Source: an uncultured beta proteobacterium
GTDB lineage: Bacteria; Pseudomonadota; Gammaproteobacteria; Burkholderiales; SG8-39
NCBI GenBank assembly: GCA_963832685.1
Contig: CAWHUZ010000008.1
Location: forward strand, 129,638-193,637
Length of the DNA stretch: 64,000 nucleotides
Reading direction: 5' to 3'
Shown here piece after piece: positions 39,768 to 50,104 of the stretch (position 1 is the first letter of the stretch; each line of letters opens with the position of its first letter). The notes under the pieces were generated by a model. The model did not search any database and was not told where the DNA came from. It saw only the letters and a list, made by a program, of their open reading frames with translations. The position numbers and the translations under genes are program-made.

Positions 39768-40559
39768 ATGCGACTCGCGCTCGGCATTGAATACGACGGC
39801 AGCCGCTTCCTCGGCTGGCAAACGCAGCCCGGCGGAGGGACGGTGCAGGACGTCCTGCAGGCGGCGCTAGTCGCAATTGCGGGGGAGGAGGTCAGGGTCA
39901 CCTGTGCGGGCCGAACCGACCGGGGAGTGCATGCGTGCGAGCAGGTCGTTCACTTCGACCCGCCGGCGGCGCGCCCGCTTGGCGCGTGGGTGCGGGGCGT
40001 CAACGCCATGCTGCCGGATTCGGTCGCCGTTCTTTGGGCGCAGCCGGTCGACGATGCATTCCATGCACGTTTCAGCGCCGTCGCCCGCAGCTACCGATAC
40101 GTACTCCTCAATCGGGACGTGCGTCCCGCACTGGCCGCGCGCCATGCGGGCTGGTTCCATCGAACGCTCGACGTGCAGGCAATGCGTAGCGCGGCGCAGT
40201 TCCTCGTCGGAGAACACGACTTCTCCGCCTTTCGCTCAGCCGAATGTCAGGCAAAAACTCCGGTGCGAAACGTGAATCGACTCGAGATTGCGCGCGACGG
40301 CGACCGAATCGATCTTGGAATCACGGCGAATGCGTTCCTGCACCACATGGTGCGCAACATCGTCGGCACGCTGGTGTACGTGGGGATGGGGAAACACCCT
40401 CCCGCTTGGGTGCGCGAAGTCCTGTCGTCGCGCGAACGTGCGCGCGCCGCGCCGACCTTCGGTCCCGAAGGCCTCTATCTCGAGGCGGTCGACTACGCTG
40501 CGCACTGGGGCCTGCGCACCGGGCAGCGTGGACCGGTTGCATTGCCGCTCGAGCTCTGA
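39768..40559 (+). CDS. truA: tRNA pseudouridine(38-40) synthase
   Basis: RLALGIEYDGS.F.GWQ.Q, GRTDRGVHA (catalytic Asp), FLHHMVRNIVG. Confidence 0.95.
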   Translation: MRLALGIEYDGSRFLGWQTQPGGGTVQDVLQAALVAIAGEEVRVTCAGRTDRGVHACEQVVHFDPPAARPLGAWVRGVNAMLPDSVAVLWAQPVDDAFHARFSAVARSYRYVLLNRDVRPALAARHAGWFHRTLDVQAMRSAAQFLVGEHDFSAFRSAECQAKTPVRNVNRLEIARDGDRIDLGITANAFLHHMVRNIVGTLVYVGMGKHPPAWVREVLSSRERARAAPTFGPEGLYLEAVDYAAHWGLRTGQRGPVALPLEL

Positions 40560-40562
40560 TCC

Positions 40563-41183
40563 ATGCGTACCAGGGTAAAGATCTGCGGCGTGACGCGCAT
40601 CCAGGACGCCCAGGCCGCCTGTGAGGCGGGCGCGGACGCAATAGGGTTGGTGTTCTATCCCGCCAGTCCGCGATACCTGTCCTGCGAGCGGGCCAGGTCG
40701 TTGCGCGACTCGCTCCCGCCGTTCGTCACGCCGGTAGCATTGTTCGTCGACCCCAGCCTGGACGAGGTGGAGCGCGTGCTCGACCAGGTGCGCCCGGGCG
40801 CGCTGCAGTTCCACGGCGACGAGCCCCCCGAATTCTGCGAGCGTTTCGGCCTGCCCTATCTCAAGGCCTGTCGCGTGAGGGAAGGAGTTGATTTGCTAGA
40901 ATACCTGCAGCCTTACATGCGCGCGAGCGGCTGGTTGGCGGACGCCTACGTGGAAGCGTACGGCGGTGTCGGAAAGAGCTTCGACTGGACCGTCGTTCCG
41001 CGCCAGCGACCCCGCCCACTGATCCTTTCGGGTGGCTTGACGATCGAGAACGTGCGTGACGCGATCCGTCGCGTGCGCCCTTGGGGGGTTGATGTTTCGA
41101 GCGGCGTCGAGTCCGGCAAGGGCATCAAGGACCCGGCCAAGATTGCGGCCTTCATTGCAGAGGTCAGAAATGCAGATGGATGA
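40563..41183 (+). CDS. trpF: phosphoribosylanthranilate isomerase
   Basis: VKICG.T, DAIGLVF...[24 protein letters not shown]. Confidence 0.9.
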   Translation: MRTRVKICGVTRIQDAQAACEAGADAIGLVFYPASPRYLSCERARSLRDSLPPFVTPVALFVDPSLDEVERVLDQVRPGALQFHGDEPPEFCERFGLPYLKACRVREGVDLLEYLQPYMRASGWLADAYVEAYGGVGKSFDWTVVPRQRPRPLILSGGLTIENVRDAIRRVRPWGVDVSSGVESGKGIKDPAKIAAFIAEVRNADG

Positions 41184-42369
41184 GCTCCCCGACGCGCGCG
41201 GACACTTCGGTCCGTATGGCGGCGTGTTCGTGGCGGAAACCCTGATTCACGCGCTCGACGAGCTGCGGGAGGCCTACGAGCGCTGCCGCAAAGATCCGGC
41301 GTTCATGGCGGAATTTCGCTACGAATTGAAGCACTACGTGGGACGCCCGAGCCCGGTCTATCACGCGAAGCGTCTTTCACAGAAATACGGCGGGGCTCAG
41401 ATCTATCTGAAGCGCGAGGACCTCAATCACACCGGCGCGCACAAGATCAACAACACGATCGGACAGGCGATGCTTGCGCGCCACATGCGAAAGCCTCGCG
41501 TGATCGCGGAAACCGGCGCCGGGCAGCACGGCGTCGCGAGCGCCACGGTCGCAGCGCGCTACGGCATGGAGTGCGTTGTTTACATGGGGTCCGAGGACAT
41601 CAAGCGCCAGGCGGCGAACGTGTATCGCATGAAGCTGCTTGGGGCCACCGTGGTACCGGTTGAATCGGGCTCCAAGACGCTCAAGGACGCTCTGAACGAA
41701 GCGATGCGCGATTGGGTCACAAACGTCGAAAACACTTTCTACATCATCGGCACGGTCGCGGGACCGCATCCGTATCCGACGATGGTGCGCGATTTCCAGG
41801 CGGTGATCGGAGAAGAGTGCCTGCAGCAGATGCCCGAGCTTGCGGGGCGCCAGCCGGACGCGGTGATCGCGTGCGTGGGCGGCGGCTCGAACGCGATGGG
41901 CATCTTCCACGCCTACCTGCCGGACGAATCGGTGCGCCTGATCGGAGTCGAGGCCGCGGGCGAAGGACTCGCCACAGGCAGGCACGCGGCATCGCTGTGC
42001 GCGGGCAGGCCTGGCGTGCTTCACGGCAATCGCACCTACCTGCTGCAGGACGCCAACGGTCAGATCATCGAAACGCACTCGATTTCCGCGGGACTCGATT
42101 ACCCCGGGGTGGGGCCCGAGCACGCATGGTTGAAGGATACGGGACGGGCGGAGTACGTCGCGGTGACGGATGATGAGGCGCTGCAGGCGTTCCACGAGCT
42201 GTGCCGTCTGGAAGGCATCATTCCCGCGCTCGAGTCGAGCCACGCCGTCGCGCATGCGACCAAGATCGCGCCGACGCTCGGTCGCGACGCGATTCTGCTG
42301 GTCAACCTGTCCGGACGCGGCGACAAGGACATGCACACCGTGGCGCAGCGCTCGGGGATAGTGTTCTAG
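41170..42369 (+). CDS. trpB: tryptophan synthase beta chain
   Basis: [27 protein letters not shown] (PLP Lys), GGGSNAMG. Overlaps trpF by 14 nt. Confidence 0.95.
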   Translation: MQMDELPDARGHFGPYGGVFVAETLIHALDELREAYERCRKDPAFMAEFRYELKHYVGRPSPVYHAKRLSQKYGGAQIYLKREDLNHTGAHKINNTIGQAMLARHMRKPRVIAETGAGQHGVASATVAARYGMECVVYMGSEDIKRQAANVYRMKLLGATVVPVESGSKTLKDALNEAMRDWVTNVENTFYIIGTVAGPHPYPTMVRDFQAVIGEECLQQMPELAGRQPDAVIACVGGGSNAMGIFHAYLPDESVRLIGVEAAGEGLATGRHAASLCAGRPGVLHGNRTYLLQDANGQIIETHSISAGLDYPGVGPEHAWLKDTGRAEYVAVTDDEALQAFHELCRLEGIIPALESSHAVAHATKIAPTLGRDAILLVNLSGRGDKDMHTVAQRSGIVF

Positions 42370-42371
42370 CG

Positions 42372-43169
42372 ATGTCGCGCATTTCATCGCGCTTCGCCTC
42401 GCTTCGCAAGCAGGCTCGCAAAGCGCTGATTCCCTACATCATGGCCGGCGACCCGTCCGCGGCGTCGACCGTGCCGCTGATGCGAGCTCTGGTCGATGCC
42501 GGGGCCGACATTATCGAGCTCGGGGTGCCCTTTTCCGACCCCATGGCCGACGGCCCGGTGATCCAGCGCTCGGCCGAGCGCGCGCTGGCGAACGGCGTCG
42601 GACTATCCGATGTCATCGGCATGGTAGGCGCGTTCCGCGAGCAGGACCCCGACACGCCGATCGTGCTGATGGGGTATGCCAATCCGATCGAGGCGATGGG
42701 CGGCGAAGGGTTTCTCGACGCGGCGGCGAAGGCGGGCGTAGACGGCGTGATCGTCGTGGACTATCCGCCGGAGGAGGCGGCGCCGTTTGCGGCGCTTGCC
42801 AAGCGCAACGGCATAGACCCGATCTTCCTGCTTGCGCCGACCTCTACCGAGAGCCGCATAAAAGAGGTGGCGCGGATGGGCGCCGGATACCTGTACTACG
42901 TTTCGCTCAAGGGCGTAACCGGTGCGGCGAGCCTCGATCTCACGGACGTCGCAAGCCGCATTCCCTTGCTTCGGGCGGCAACTCAGTTGCCCATCGGCGT
43001 CGGCTTCGGCATACGCGATGCGCAGTCCGCGCGTCGCGTCGCCGAGATCGCTGACGCCGTGGTAATCGGCAGCCGGATCGTCCAGGAAATCGAGGCCGCC
43101 GGCCCCGATCGGGCGGCCGCTCGCCTTCGGGAACTGGTCGGGCCGATCAGAGCCGCGTTGGATGCCTGA
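42372..43169 (+). CDS. trpA: tryptophan synthase alpha chain
   Basis: [44 protein letters not shown]. Confidence 0.95.
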   Translation: MSRISSRFASLRKQARKALIPYIMAGDPSAASTVPLMRALVDAGADIIELGVPFSDPMADGPVIQRSAERALANGVGLSDVIGMVGAFREQDPDTPIVLMGYANPIEAMGGEGFLDAAAKAGVDGVIVVDYPPEEAAPFAALAKRNGIDPIFLLAPTSTESRIKEVARMGAGYLYYVSLKGVTGAASLDLTDVASRIPLLRAATQLPIGVGFGIRDAQSARRVAEIADAVVIGSRIVQEIEAAGPDRAAARLRELVGPIRAALDA

Positions 43170-43194
43170 AAGGGATCGACGGGACTAGGCACGC

Positions 43195-44067
43195 ATGAGC
43201 TGGCTACAAAAACTCCTTCCGCCGAAGATCCAGCGCACCGAACGCGGAGCGCGCAAGACCGTGCCCGAAGGCCTGTGGACAAAGTGCCCGTCGTGCGATG
43301 CGGTCCTCTACAGCACGGATCTCGAGAAGAATCTGAACGTGTGCCCGAAATGCGGTCACCATGAACGGCTCGACGCCAGGGCGCGGCTCGACGCCCTGCT
43401 CGACGCGGACGGACGGTACGAGATCGGCGCCGAGGTGCTGCCGGTCGACAGCCTGAAGTTCAAGGATTCTCGGAAGTATCCCGAGCGCCTGTCCGAGGCG
43501 CAGGAGCAGACGGGGGAGACCGACGCGCTCGTCGTGATGCAGGGGTCGATCAAGGAAATCGGCGTGATCTGCGCCGCTTTCGAATTTGAGTTCATGGGCG
43601 GATCGATGGGCTCGGTGGTGGGCGAACGCTTCGTGCGCGGCGTGCGCGTCGCGATCGAGCAGAAGCTGCCGTTCATTTGCGTTTCGTCCTCCGGCGGTGC
43701 CCGGATGCAGGAGGGTTTGCTGTCGCTGATGCAGATGGCCAAGACGACTGCCGCGCTGACCGACCTTGCGGAACGCAGACTGCCGTTCATATCCATACTG
43801 TCCGATCCGACCATGGGTGGCGTGTCGGCGAGCTTCGCCATGATCGGAGACATCGTCATCGCCGAGCCCAAGGCGCTGATCGGTTTTGCCGGGCCGCGCG
43901 TCATCGAGCAGACAGTGCGGCAAAAGCTTCCGGAAGGGTTCCAGCGCGCGGAGTTCCTGCTCGAGAAGGGCGCAATCGACATGATCGTGGACCGGCGGCA
44001 ACTGCGCGACAAGCTCGCCTCGCTACTGGGGATGTTGCAGGGCCTGCAGGCCGAGCAGGCGTCCTGA
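43195..44067 (+). CDS. accD: acetyl-CoA carboxylase carboxyltransferase subunit beta
   Basis: Zinc ribbon CPSC...[28 protein letters not shown]. Confidence 0.95.
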   Translation: MSWLQKLLPPKIQRTERGARKTVPEGLWTKCPSCDAVLYSTDLEKNLNVCPKCGHHERLDARARLDALLDADGRYEIGAEVLPVDSLKFKDSRKYPERLSEAQEQTGETDALVVMQGSIKEIGVICAAFEFEFMGGSMGSVVGERFVRGVRVAIEQKLPFICVSSSGGARMQEGLLSLMQMAKTTAALTDLAERRLPFISILSDPTMGGVSASFAMIGDIVIAEPKALIGFAGPRVIEQTVRQKLPEGFQRAEFLLEKGAIDMIVDRRQLRDKLASLLGMLQGLQAEQAS

Positions 44068-44093
44068 TCTCCAACTCCGCCTTGAGCTCCGTC

Positions 44094-45383
44094 GTGGCGT
44101 CCCGTACGCTCGCCGAGTGGTTGCGCTACGTCGAGCGGCAGCATCCGCAGGCCATTGCATTGGGGCTCGACCGCGTCACGCGGGTACTCGCGCGCCTGGA
44201 TGTCAGACTCGAGTGCCCCGTCTTCACCGTGGGCGGAACGAACGGCAAAGGGTCGACTTGCGCGATGCTCGAGGCGATGCTGCAAGCTTCGGGATTCAGA
44301 ACGGGCCTCTACACGTCGCCGCACCTCGTGCGCTACAACGAGCGAGTGCGCGTCGACGGGCGCGAGGCGCGAGATGAGGAATTGTGCGAAGCATTTGGCG
44401 CGGTCGAATCGGCGCGAGGCGACGTTCCTCTGACGTATTTCGAGTTCGGGACCCTGGCGGCGCTGTGGCTGTTCGGGCGGGCGGACCTGGAAGCGGTCGT
44501 CCTCGAGGTGGGCTTGGGCGGCCGCCTGGATGCCGTCAACGCAATCGATGCCGACTGTGCCGTGCTGACGAGCATCGGCATCGACCACGTCGATTTTCTC
44601 GGCGCCACGCGGGAATCGATCGGATTCGAGAAAGCCGGCATATTCCGCCGCGACCGGACGGCGGTCGTTGCCGAGCCCTCGCCGCCGCGCTCGGTTCTGA
44701 ATGCCGCGCAGGCCGTCGGCGCCCGCATGCTTCTGCTCGGGCGAGACTTCGGCTACGCGCGGGAACAAGCGCAGTGGCGCTACTGGGGACCCGCCGGAAC
44801 GCGCGCAGGCCTCGCCTATCCCGCGCTGCGAGGCGGCATGCAACTGCGCAACGCTGCAGCCGCGATGTGCGCGCTCGATAGCCTGCGCGAGCGTCTGCCG
44901 GTCGGCATGCAGCACGTGCGCCAAGGGCTGGCGCGAGTCACCCTTCCGGGCAGGTTCCAGGTGCTTCCGGGGCGGCCGCAGGTGATCCTCGACGTGGCCC
45001 ACAACCCCCAGGCGGCGCAGGGCTTGGCGCGGGACTTGGCGGGGAGCGGCTATGCGCGGGAGACCATCGCCATTCTCGGCATGCTCCGGGACAAGGACAT
45101 CGCAGGGGTTGTGCGCGAGCTTGCGCCACGTGTCACGCGCTGGCACCTGGCCACGCTCGGCGGCGAGCGCGGCGCAAGCGCGGTCGAGCTGGCGGCAATC
45201 CTCGCGTCCGTGAAACCGTCTGCCCCTGCCGTGCAGCACGCCTCGGTGGCGCAGGCATTCGCTGCGGCGCGGAAAGAGGCGACCGAGAATGATAAAATTC
45301 TCGCCTTTGGATCCTTTCTCACGGTCGGCGAAGTGATTTCGTATCTCGAAGCGGGCCGAAACGGCGTACGCGCCCATGGCTGA
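44094..45383 (+). CDS. folC: bifunctional folylpolyglutamate synthase/dihydrofolate synthase
   Basis: TLAEWLRYVE..H...I.LGLDRV, P-loop VGGTNGKGST, SPHLVRYNERV. GTG 44094 was chosen because the longer ORF overlaps accD. Confidence 0.9.
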   Translation: MASRTLAEWLRYVERQHPQAIALGLDRVTRVLARLDVRLECPVFTVGGTNGKGSTCAMLEAMLQASGFRTGLYTSPHLVRYNERVRVDGREARDEELCEAFGAVESARGDVPLTYFEFGTLAALWLFGRADLEAVVLEVGLGGRLDAVNAIDADCAVLTSIGIDHVDFLGATRESIGFEKAGIFRRDRTAVVAEPSPPRSVLNAAQAVGARMLLLGRDFGYAREQAQWRYWGPAGTRAGLAYPALRGGMQLRNAAAAMCALDSLRERLPVGMQHVRQGLARVTLPGRFQVLPGRPQVILDVAHNPQAAQGLARDLAGSGYARETIAILGMLRDKDIAGVVRELAPRVTRWHLATLGGERGASAVELAAILASVKPSAPAVQHASVAQAFAAARKEATENDKILAFGSFLTVGEVISYLEAGRNGVRAHG

Positions 45384-45969
45384 GGCGCAGGACGTCAATA
45401 CGCTGAAGCGTCGCGGGCGCCGGCGCCTGGTCGGGGCTATCGCGCTGGTATTGCTCGCCGTCATCCTGTTGCCGATGGTGTTCGATTCCGAACCCCGACA
45501 ATCCGCTACGTCGGTCGACGTGCGCATCCCGAGCGAGGATACGAAGTTCGCGCCCAAGCTTCCGCCTCAGCCCGCGGCCGAAACGCCGCGCAGCGCGCCG
45601 GCTGCGCCCAAGAGCGACAAGCCCTCTGCGACGCAAGCTCCGGCGACGCCGCACAAGGCGGTCACGGGCAGTCACAAGGCGGCACCCGATCCCAGTGCGG
45701 CCGAACGCGCGCGGGCCGAAGCGGCGTTGGCAGGTATCGAGTACGTCGTACCGGTCGCGGCGCTCGCCGACCCCGAGGGGGTGAAGGAACTCACTTCCCG
45801 CCTGGCAGCCGCAAAGCTCCCCTATTACACCGAGCGAATTGCCACTGATAAGGGTCGGGTGACCCGAGTGCGCGCAGGGCCATTCGCCAGTCGCGAGGCC
45901 GCCGAGAAGGCGCACGCAAAGCTCAAGGGCCTTGGACTCAAGCCCGGAAACGTCACCACCAAGTCCTGA
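45376..45969 (+). CDS. dedD: SPOR domain-containing cell-division protein (DedD-like)
   Basis: N-terminal TM anchor, a Pro/Ala-rich linker and a C-terminal SPOR domain (TRVRAGPFASREAAEKAHAKLK). Conserved folC-dedD-cvpA-purF order. Confidence 0.7.
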   Translation: MAEAQDVNTLKRRGRRRLVGAIALVLLAVILLPMVFDSEPRQSATSVDVRIPSEDTKFAPKLPPQPAAETPRSAPAAPKSDKPSATQAPATPHKAVTGSHKAAPDPSAAERARAEAALAGIEYVVPVAALADPEGVKELTSRLAAAKLPYYTERIATDKGRVTRVRAGPFASREAAEKAHAKLKGLGLKPGNVTTKS

Positions 45970-46460
45970 TGACTTGGCTGGACTACGCCGTGCTCGGCGT
46001 GATCGGGATCTCGGTGATCTGGGGCCTGTGGCGCGGGCTGGTGCGCGAAGTCATCTCGATCGGCGGATGGGTGCTCGCGTTTGTCGCCGCAAATCTGTTC
46101 GCGGCACCGCTTGCGGGCGTCTTGCCGCACGCGATTCCCACGCTGGAGCTGCGCCTGCTGACGGCTTTCATGGGCGTCTTCATTGCCGCGCTCGTCGTTG
46201 CGACTCTGTGCGGGGCGTTGCTGTCAAAATTGGTCAAGGCAGCGGGCCTGGGCGGGCTCGACCGCCTGCTCGGCGCGTTCTTCGGGTTGGCGCGCGGACT
46301 GCTTATCGCGCTTGCTTTCGCGCTCGTGGCGGGTCTGACGACCGCCCCGAGGCAACCATACTGGCGCGACTCCTTCAGCGGGGCGCCGCTCGCCCGCGCC
46401 GCCCTGGCGCTTCGGCCGTGGCTGCCGCAATCGTTCGCCTCGCGCCTGCGCTATCATTAG
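45969..46460 (+). CDS. cvpA: CvpA family (colicin V production) membrane protein
   Basis: MTWLDYAVLGVIGISVIWGLWRGLVRE plus four TM segments. TGATG overlap with dedD. Confidence 0.85.
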   Translation: MTWLDYAVLGVIGISVIWGLWRGLVREVISIGGWVLAFVAANLFAAPLAGVLPHAIPTLELRLLTAFMGVFIAALVVATLCGALLSKLVKAAGLGGLDRLLGAFFGLARGLLIALAFALVAGLTTAPRQPYWRDSFSGAPLARAALALRPWLPQSFASRLRYH

Positions 46461-46486
46461 GGTCCGGTCACCGGTAGGCGGTCCCC

Positions 46487-48007
46487 ATGTGTGGCATTCT
46501 CGGAATCGTCGCGCGTTCGCCCGTCAATCAGCTGCTCTATGACGGGCTGCTGCTGCTGCAGCACCGCGGCCAGGACGCCGCTGGCATCGTTACCAGCGAA
46601 GGCAAGACGTTTCACATGCAGAAGGGCAATGGCATGGTGCGCGACGTGTTCCGCACCCGCAACATGCGCTCGTTGCCGGGAAACCTGGGAATTGCGCATT
46701 GCCGTTACCCGACCGCAGGTTCGGCCCACAACTCGGCCGAAGCGCAGCCGCTCTACGTCAACTCGCCGTTCGGGATCGTTCTCGGGCACAACGGCAACCT
46801 GACCAATGCCGATCAGCTCAAGGAAGAGATGTTCCGACAGGACCTTCGGCACATCAATACGAACTCGGACTCGGAGGTACTGCTCAACGTGCTCGCCCAC
46901 GAGCTGGAGAAGACCTCGGTCAAGTTGCGGCTGGATCCCCAGACCATTTTCGCCGCCGTGTCCAATGTCCACCGGCGCTGCCGCGGCGCGTACGCCGTCA
47001 TCGCGATGATCTCGGGCTACGGGGTGCTCGCGTTCAGGGATCCCTACGGAATCCGCCCTGCAGTGATCGGATACAGGGAAACGGAACGCGGCACGGAATA
47101 CATGATCGCCTCGGAGTCGGTCGCGATCGATTCGCTCGGCTTCAGGGTATTGCGCGACGTCGCGCCCGGCGAGGCCGTTCTGATAGACGAAGACGGAAAC
47201 TTCTTCAGCCAGCAGTGTGCGCCGCGGACCAGCCTCAATCCATGCATCTTCGAGTACGTCTATCTCGCGCGACCCGATTCGCTGATCGACGGTGCTTCCG
47301 TGTATGAAACGCGGCTCGCCATGGGCGAGAAGCTGGCCGAGAAGATCCGGCGCGAATTTCACCACCTCGACGTCGACGTCGTGATTCCGATTCCGGATTC
47401 CAGCCGTCCCTCCGCGCTGCAGCTGGCGCTCGGTTTGGGTGTTCCCTATCGCGAAGGCTTCGTCAAGAATCGCTACATAGGCCGCACCTTCATCATGCCA
47501 GGGCACTCGGTTCGCCGCAGGTCCGTGCGGCAGAAGCTGAATGCAATATCGATGGAATTCAAGGGCAAGAATGTGCTGCTGGTGGACGATTCCATTGTCC
47601 GCGGCACGACGAGCCGGGAAATCGTGCAGATGGCGCGCGAAGCGGGAGCCCGAAAAGTCTTCTTTGCTTCGGCGGCGCCGCCAGTACGGTTTCCGAACGT
47701 GTACGGCATCGACATGCCTACTCGTGCGGAGCTTATCGCCGCACACCGCAGCGAGGAGGAGGTTGCCGCCGAGCTCGGCGCGGATGCGTTGATTTACCAG
47801 GATCTCGAAGCACTGAAAGGCGCAGTGCAGCAGATCAACCCCAAGCTCGCGCGTTTCGAGACTTCCTGCTTCGACGGTATATACATCACGGGCGACGTCA
47901 CGAGCGACTACCTGCGTGCAATCGAGACCCGGCGTGACGCGGCGCGCGATTCGGGAGAGGACGCCGAAGGCGCGCAGCTGGACCTGAATCTGGTCACGAC
48001 GGACTAG
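46487..48007 (+). CDS. purF: amidophosphoribosyltransferase
   Basis: MCGI.GIV N-terminal nucleophile, HRGQD, RYPTAG, the PRPP motif [13 protein letters not shown]. Confidence 0.95.
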   Translation: MCGILGIVARSPVNQLLYDGLLLLQHRGQDAAGIVTSEGKTFHMQKGNGMVRDVFRTRNMRSLPGNLGIAHCRYPTAGSAHNSAEAQPLYVNSPFGIVLGHNGNLTNADQLKEEMFRQDLRHINTNSDSEVLLNVLAHELEKTSVKLRLDPQTIFAAVSNVHRRCRGAYAVIAMISGYGVLAFRDPYGIRPAVIGYRETERGTEYMIASESVAIDSLGFRVLRDVAPGEAVLIDEDGNFFSQQCAPRTSLNPCIFEYVYLARPDSLIDGASVYETRLAMGEKLAEKIRREFHHLDVDVVIPIPDSSRPSALQLALGLGVPYREGFVKNRYIGRTFIMPGHSVRRRSVRQKLNAISMEFKGKNVLLVDDSIVRGTTSREIVQMAREAGARKVFFASAAPPVRFPNVYGIDMPTRAELIAAHRSEEEVAAELGADALIYQDLEALKGAVQQINPKLARFETSCFDGIYITGDVTSDYLRAIETRRDAARDSGEDAEGAQLDLNLVTTD

Positions 48008-48061
48008 CCGGGGCGGAGCGCACACCGTCTTTACGGCGGGTTTCGTTCGCGGTACCATGGC

Positions 48062-48120
48062 ACCTGCGCCGATTTGAAACGACAGCTTGCGGGCGCGTTA
48101 AAAATGCTGCTAAAGCGTGC
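48062..48120 (+). promoter_or_regulatory. candidate SAM-II-like riboswitch aptamer in the metZ leader
   Basis: The GCGCC(48066-70)/GGCGC(48092-96) hairpin has a loop containing GAUUUGAAACGACAGCUUGC. The A-rich 3' tail AAAAAUGCUGCUAAAGCG (48100-17) can pair with that loop (GCUU/AAGC, CAGC/GCUG), giving an H-type pseudoknot. It lies upstream of a methionine-biosynthesis gene and just before a terminator. The resemblance to the SAM-II consensus is from memory only. Confidence 0.35.
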
Positions 48121-48124
48121 CGCC

Positions 48125-48153
48125 AAACCCGGTTCGCGCAGCCGGGTTTTTTT
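48125..48153 (+). terminator. Rho-independent terminator/attenuator between purF and metZ
   Basis: AAACCCGG-ttcgcgcag-CCGGGTTT stem-loop followed by a T-run (7 T ending at 48153). It lies 28 nt upstream of the metZ ATG. Confidence 0.7.
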
Positions 48154-48180
48154 GTGCCCGCAAGCGAAGGATGTGAGGTC

Positions 48181-49350
48181 ATGAAAGACACATTCGAGCT
48201 TGCCACACTGGGTGTGCGCGCCGGGCAGGCGCGCACGGAGTTCAAGGAGCACTCGGAGGCGCTGTTCCTGACCTCCAGCTTCGTGTTCGACAACGCGCAG
48301 CAGGCGGCTGCGAGGTTTAGCGGCGGCGAGGAGGGCTTCATCTACTCGCGCTTCACCAATCCCACCGTAAGCATGATGCAGGATCGGCTCGCCGCGATGG
48401 AAGGCGGCGAGTCGTGCGTCGCGACCGCATCCGGAATGTCGGCCATCCTGGCCATGTCGATGGCTTTGTTGAGGGCCGGAGATCACGTCATATGCTCCAA
48501 GGCGGTGTTCGGCGCCACGGTGCAACTGTACGCAGGGATACTCGCGCGCTTCGGCGTCGAAACGAGCTTCGTTTCGCCTCTGGACGCAGGGGAGTGGGAG
48601 CGCGCGCTGCGGCCGCGCACCAAGCTATTCTTCCTCGAGACGCCGTCAAACCCGCTAACCGAGATCTCCGACATCGCCGCGATCGCCGCTGTGGCCAAGC
48701 GCGCCGGCGCGCTGCTTGCGGTCGACAACTGCTTCTGCTCGCCTGCCCTGCAACGCCCGCTCGCGCTCGGCGCCGATCTGGTCATTCATTCCGCGACCAA
48801 GTACCTGGACGGCCAGGGCAGGGTGCTCGGAGGGGCGATCGTCGGTCCCCGCAAGCTGGTCATGGAGGGAATCTTCGGTTTCTTGCGCACCGCCGGCCCG
48901 TCTTTATCGCCTTTCAACGCCTGGGTCATTCTGAAGGGCCTCGAGACCCTCGAGCTGAGGATGATCGCGCAGTCCGCTTCAGCGCTCGAGCTCGCGCGCT
49001 GGCTGGAGGAGCAACCGGGTGTTGCGCGCGTGCACTATCCGTGGCTGGCGTCCCATCCTCAGCATGCGCTGGCCAAGAGGCAGCAGCGCGCGGGCGGCGC
49101 AGTCGTCTCCTTCGAGCTCGCGGGCGGGCGCGCCGCCGCCTGGAAGCTGATCGACGCCACGCGAATGATCTCGATCACCGCCAACCTCGGCGATACGAAG
49201 TCCACCATCACGCATCCCGCCACCACCACGCATGGGCGCATTTCGCCCGAAGCGCGCGCCGCGGCGGGGATCACGGACGGACTGGTGCGCGTCGCAGTGG
49301 GCCTCGAAAGCCAGGCCGACCTGCGCGAGGACCTTGCGCGAGGCCTCTAG
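48181..49350 (+). CDS. metZ: O-succinylhomoserine sulfhydrylase (Cys/Met metabolism PLP enzyme)
   Basis: YSRFTNPTV, the SGMSAI, SATKYLDGQG PLP-lysine motif, LGDTKS.ITHPA.TTH. The ATG at 48181 is preferred over the GTG at 48154, which lies inside the terminator tail. Confidence 0.8.
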   Translation: MKDTFELATLGVRAGQARTEFKEHSEALFLTSSFVFDNAQQAAARFSGGEEGFIYSRFTNPTVSMMQDRLAAMEGGESCVATASGMSAILAMSMALLRAGDHVICSKAVFGATVQLYAGILARFGVETSFVSPLDAGEWERALRPRTKLFFLETPSNPLTEISDIAAIAAVAKRAGALLAVDNCFCSPALQRPLALGADLVIHSATKYLDGQGRVLGGAIVGPRKLVMEGIFGFLRTAGPSLSPFNAWVILKGLETLELRMIAQSASALELARWLEEQPGVARVHYPWLASHPQHALAKRQQRAGGAVVSFELAGGRAAAWKLIDATRMISITANLGDTKSTITHPATTTHGRISPEARAAAGITDGLVRVAVGLESQADLREDLARGL

Positions 49351-50096
49351 CCCGACGGAGGAGAGAAGTCCAACAAGCGAATCGCGCCGTCCTCCGCGCG
49401 GAGGTAGCCGCCGGCCTGGTACCAGTCCGGCAGCACCCAGCGTTCGCAAGGCCTGCCGTCCAGCTCGATATCGTGATGTCCGGGACGATGGGTATGGCCA
49501 TGGATCAGGCGCGTGACGCCGTGACTGCGCAACGCCTCGCGCACTGCGCGGGGATTGACGTCCATGACGGCCGCGCTCTTGCTTCGCTTGCGGGCCTCGC
49601 TCTCGGTTCGAAGCGCACGGGAACGGGCGCGCCGTTCCGAGATCGGCGCCGCGAGAAAGTCCGCCTGCCAGGATGCCGAGCGCGCGGTGCCGCGCCAGGC
49701 CAGGTAGTCAGCGTCGTCGGTGCACAACGTGTCGCCGTGCATGAGCAGGGTCTTCACGCCGCCGATATCCGCGACCGTCGGATCGGCAAGCGCTAGCGCA
49801 TCGCAGGCAGCAAGGAATTCGTGGCCGAGCAGGAAGTCGCGGTTGCCCTGCATCACGTACACCGCTGTCCCGGCGCGCGCAAGCGTGCGCAGCGCGGCGG
49901 TGACATCCCGTGCGAGGGAGTCGTCGTCCGGCGCGGTCAGCGTGTCGTCGCCGACCCAGTAGTCGAACAGGTCTCCCAGGACATACAGCGTCCGCGACCG
50001 CGTTGCCTCGCCTTTCAGGAATTCGAAGAACAGGCTCGTGATGGACGGTCGCTCGTCCGACAGATGCAGGTCGGAAATGAGCAGGTCGCGTCCCAC
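49347..50096 (-). CDS. lpxH: UDP-2,3-diacylglucosamine diphosphatase
   Basis: LLISDLHL, YVLGDLFDYWVGDD, MQGNRDFL, LMHGDTLCTDD, IHGHTHRP metallophosphoesterase motifs. GTG start. Confidence 0.9.
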   Translation of the reverse strand: MGRDLLISDLHLSDERPSITSLFFEFLKGEATRSRTLYVLGDLFDYWVGDDTLTAPDDDSLARDVTAALRTLARAGTAVYVMQGNRDFLLGHEFLAACDALALADPTVADIGGVKTLLMHGDTLCTDDADYLAWRGTARSASWQADFLAAPISERRARSRALRTESEARKRSKSAAVMDVNPRAVREALRSHGVTRLIHGHTHRPGHHDIELDGRPCERWVLPDWYQAGGYLRAEDGAIRLLDFSPPSG

Positions 50097-50104
50097 GCCG
50101 CGGG

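Noticed and set aside
43356-45557. 733-aa minus-strand ORF
   Set aside because: Antisense to accD and folC. The product is low-complexity and Arg-rich with no recognisable domain.
46457-48058. 533-aa minus-strand ORF
   Set aside because: Exactly antisense to purF, whose reading frame is certain (MCGILGIV..., PRPP motif). GC-rich antisense artefact.
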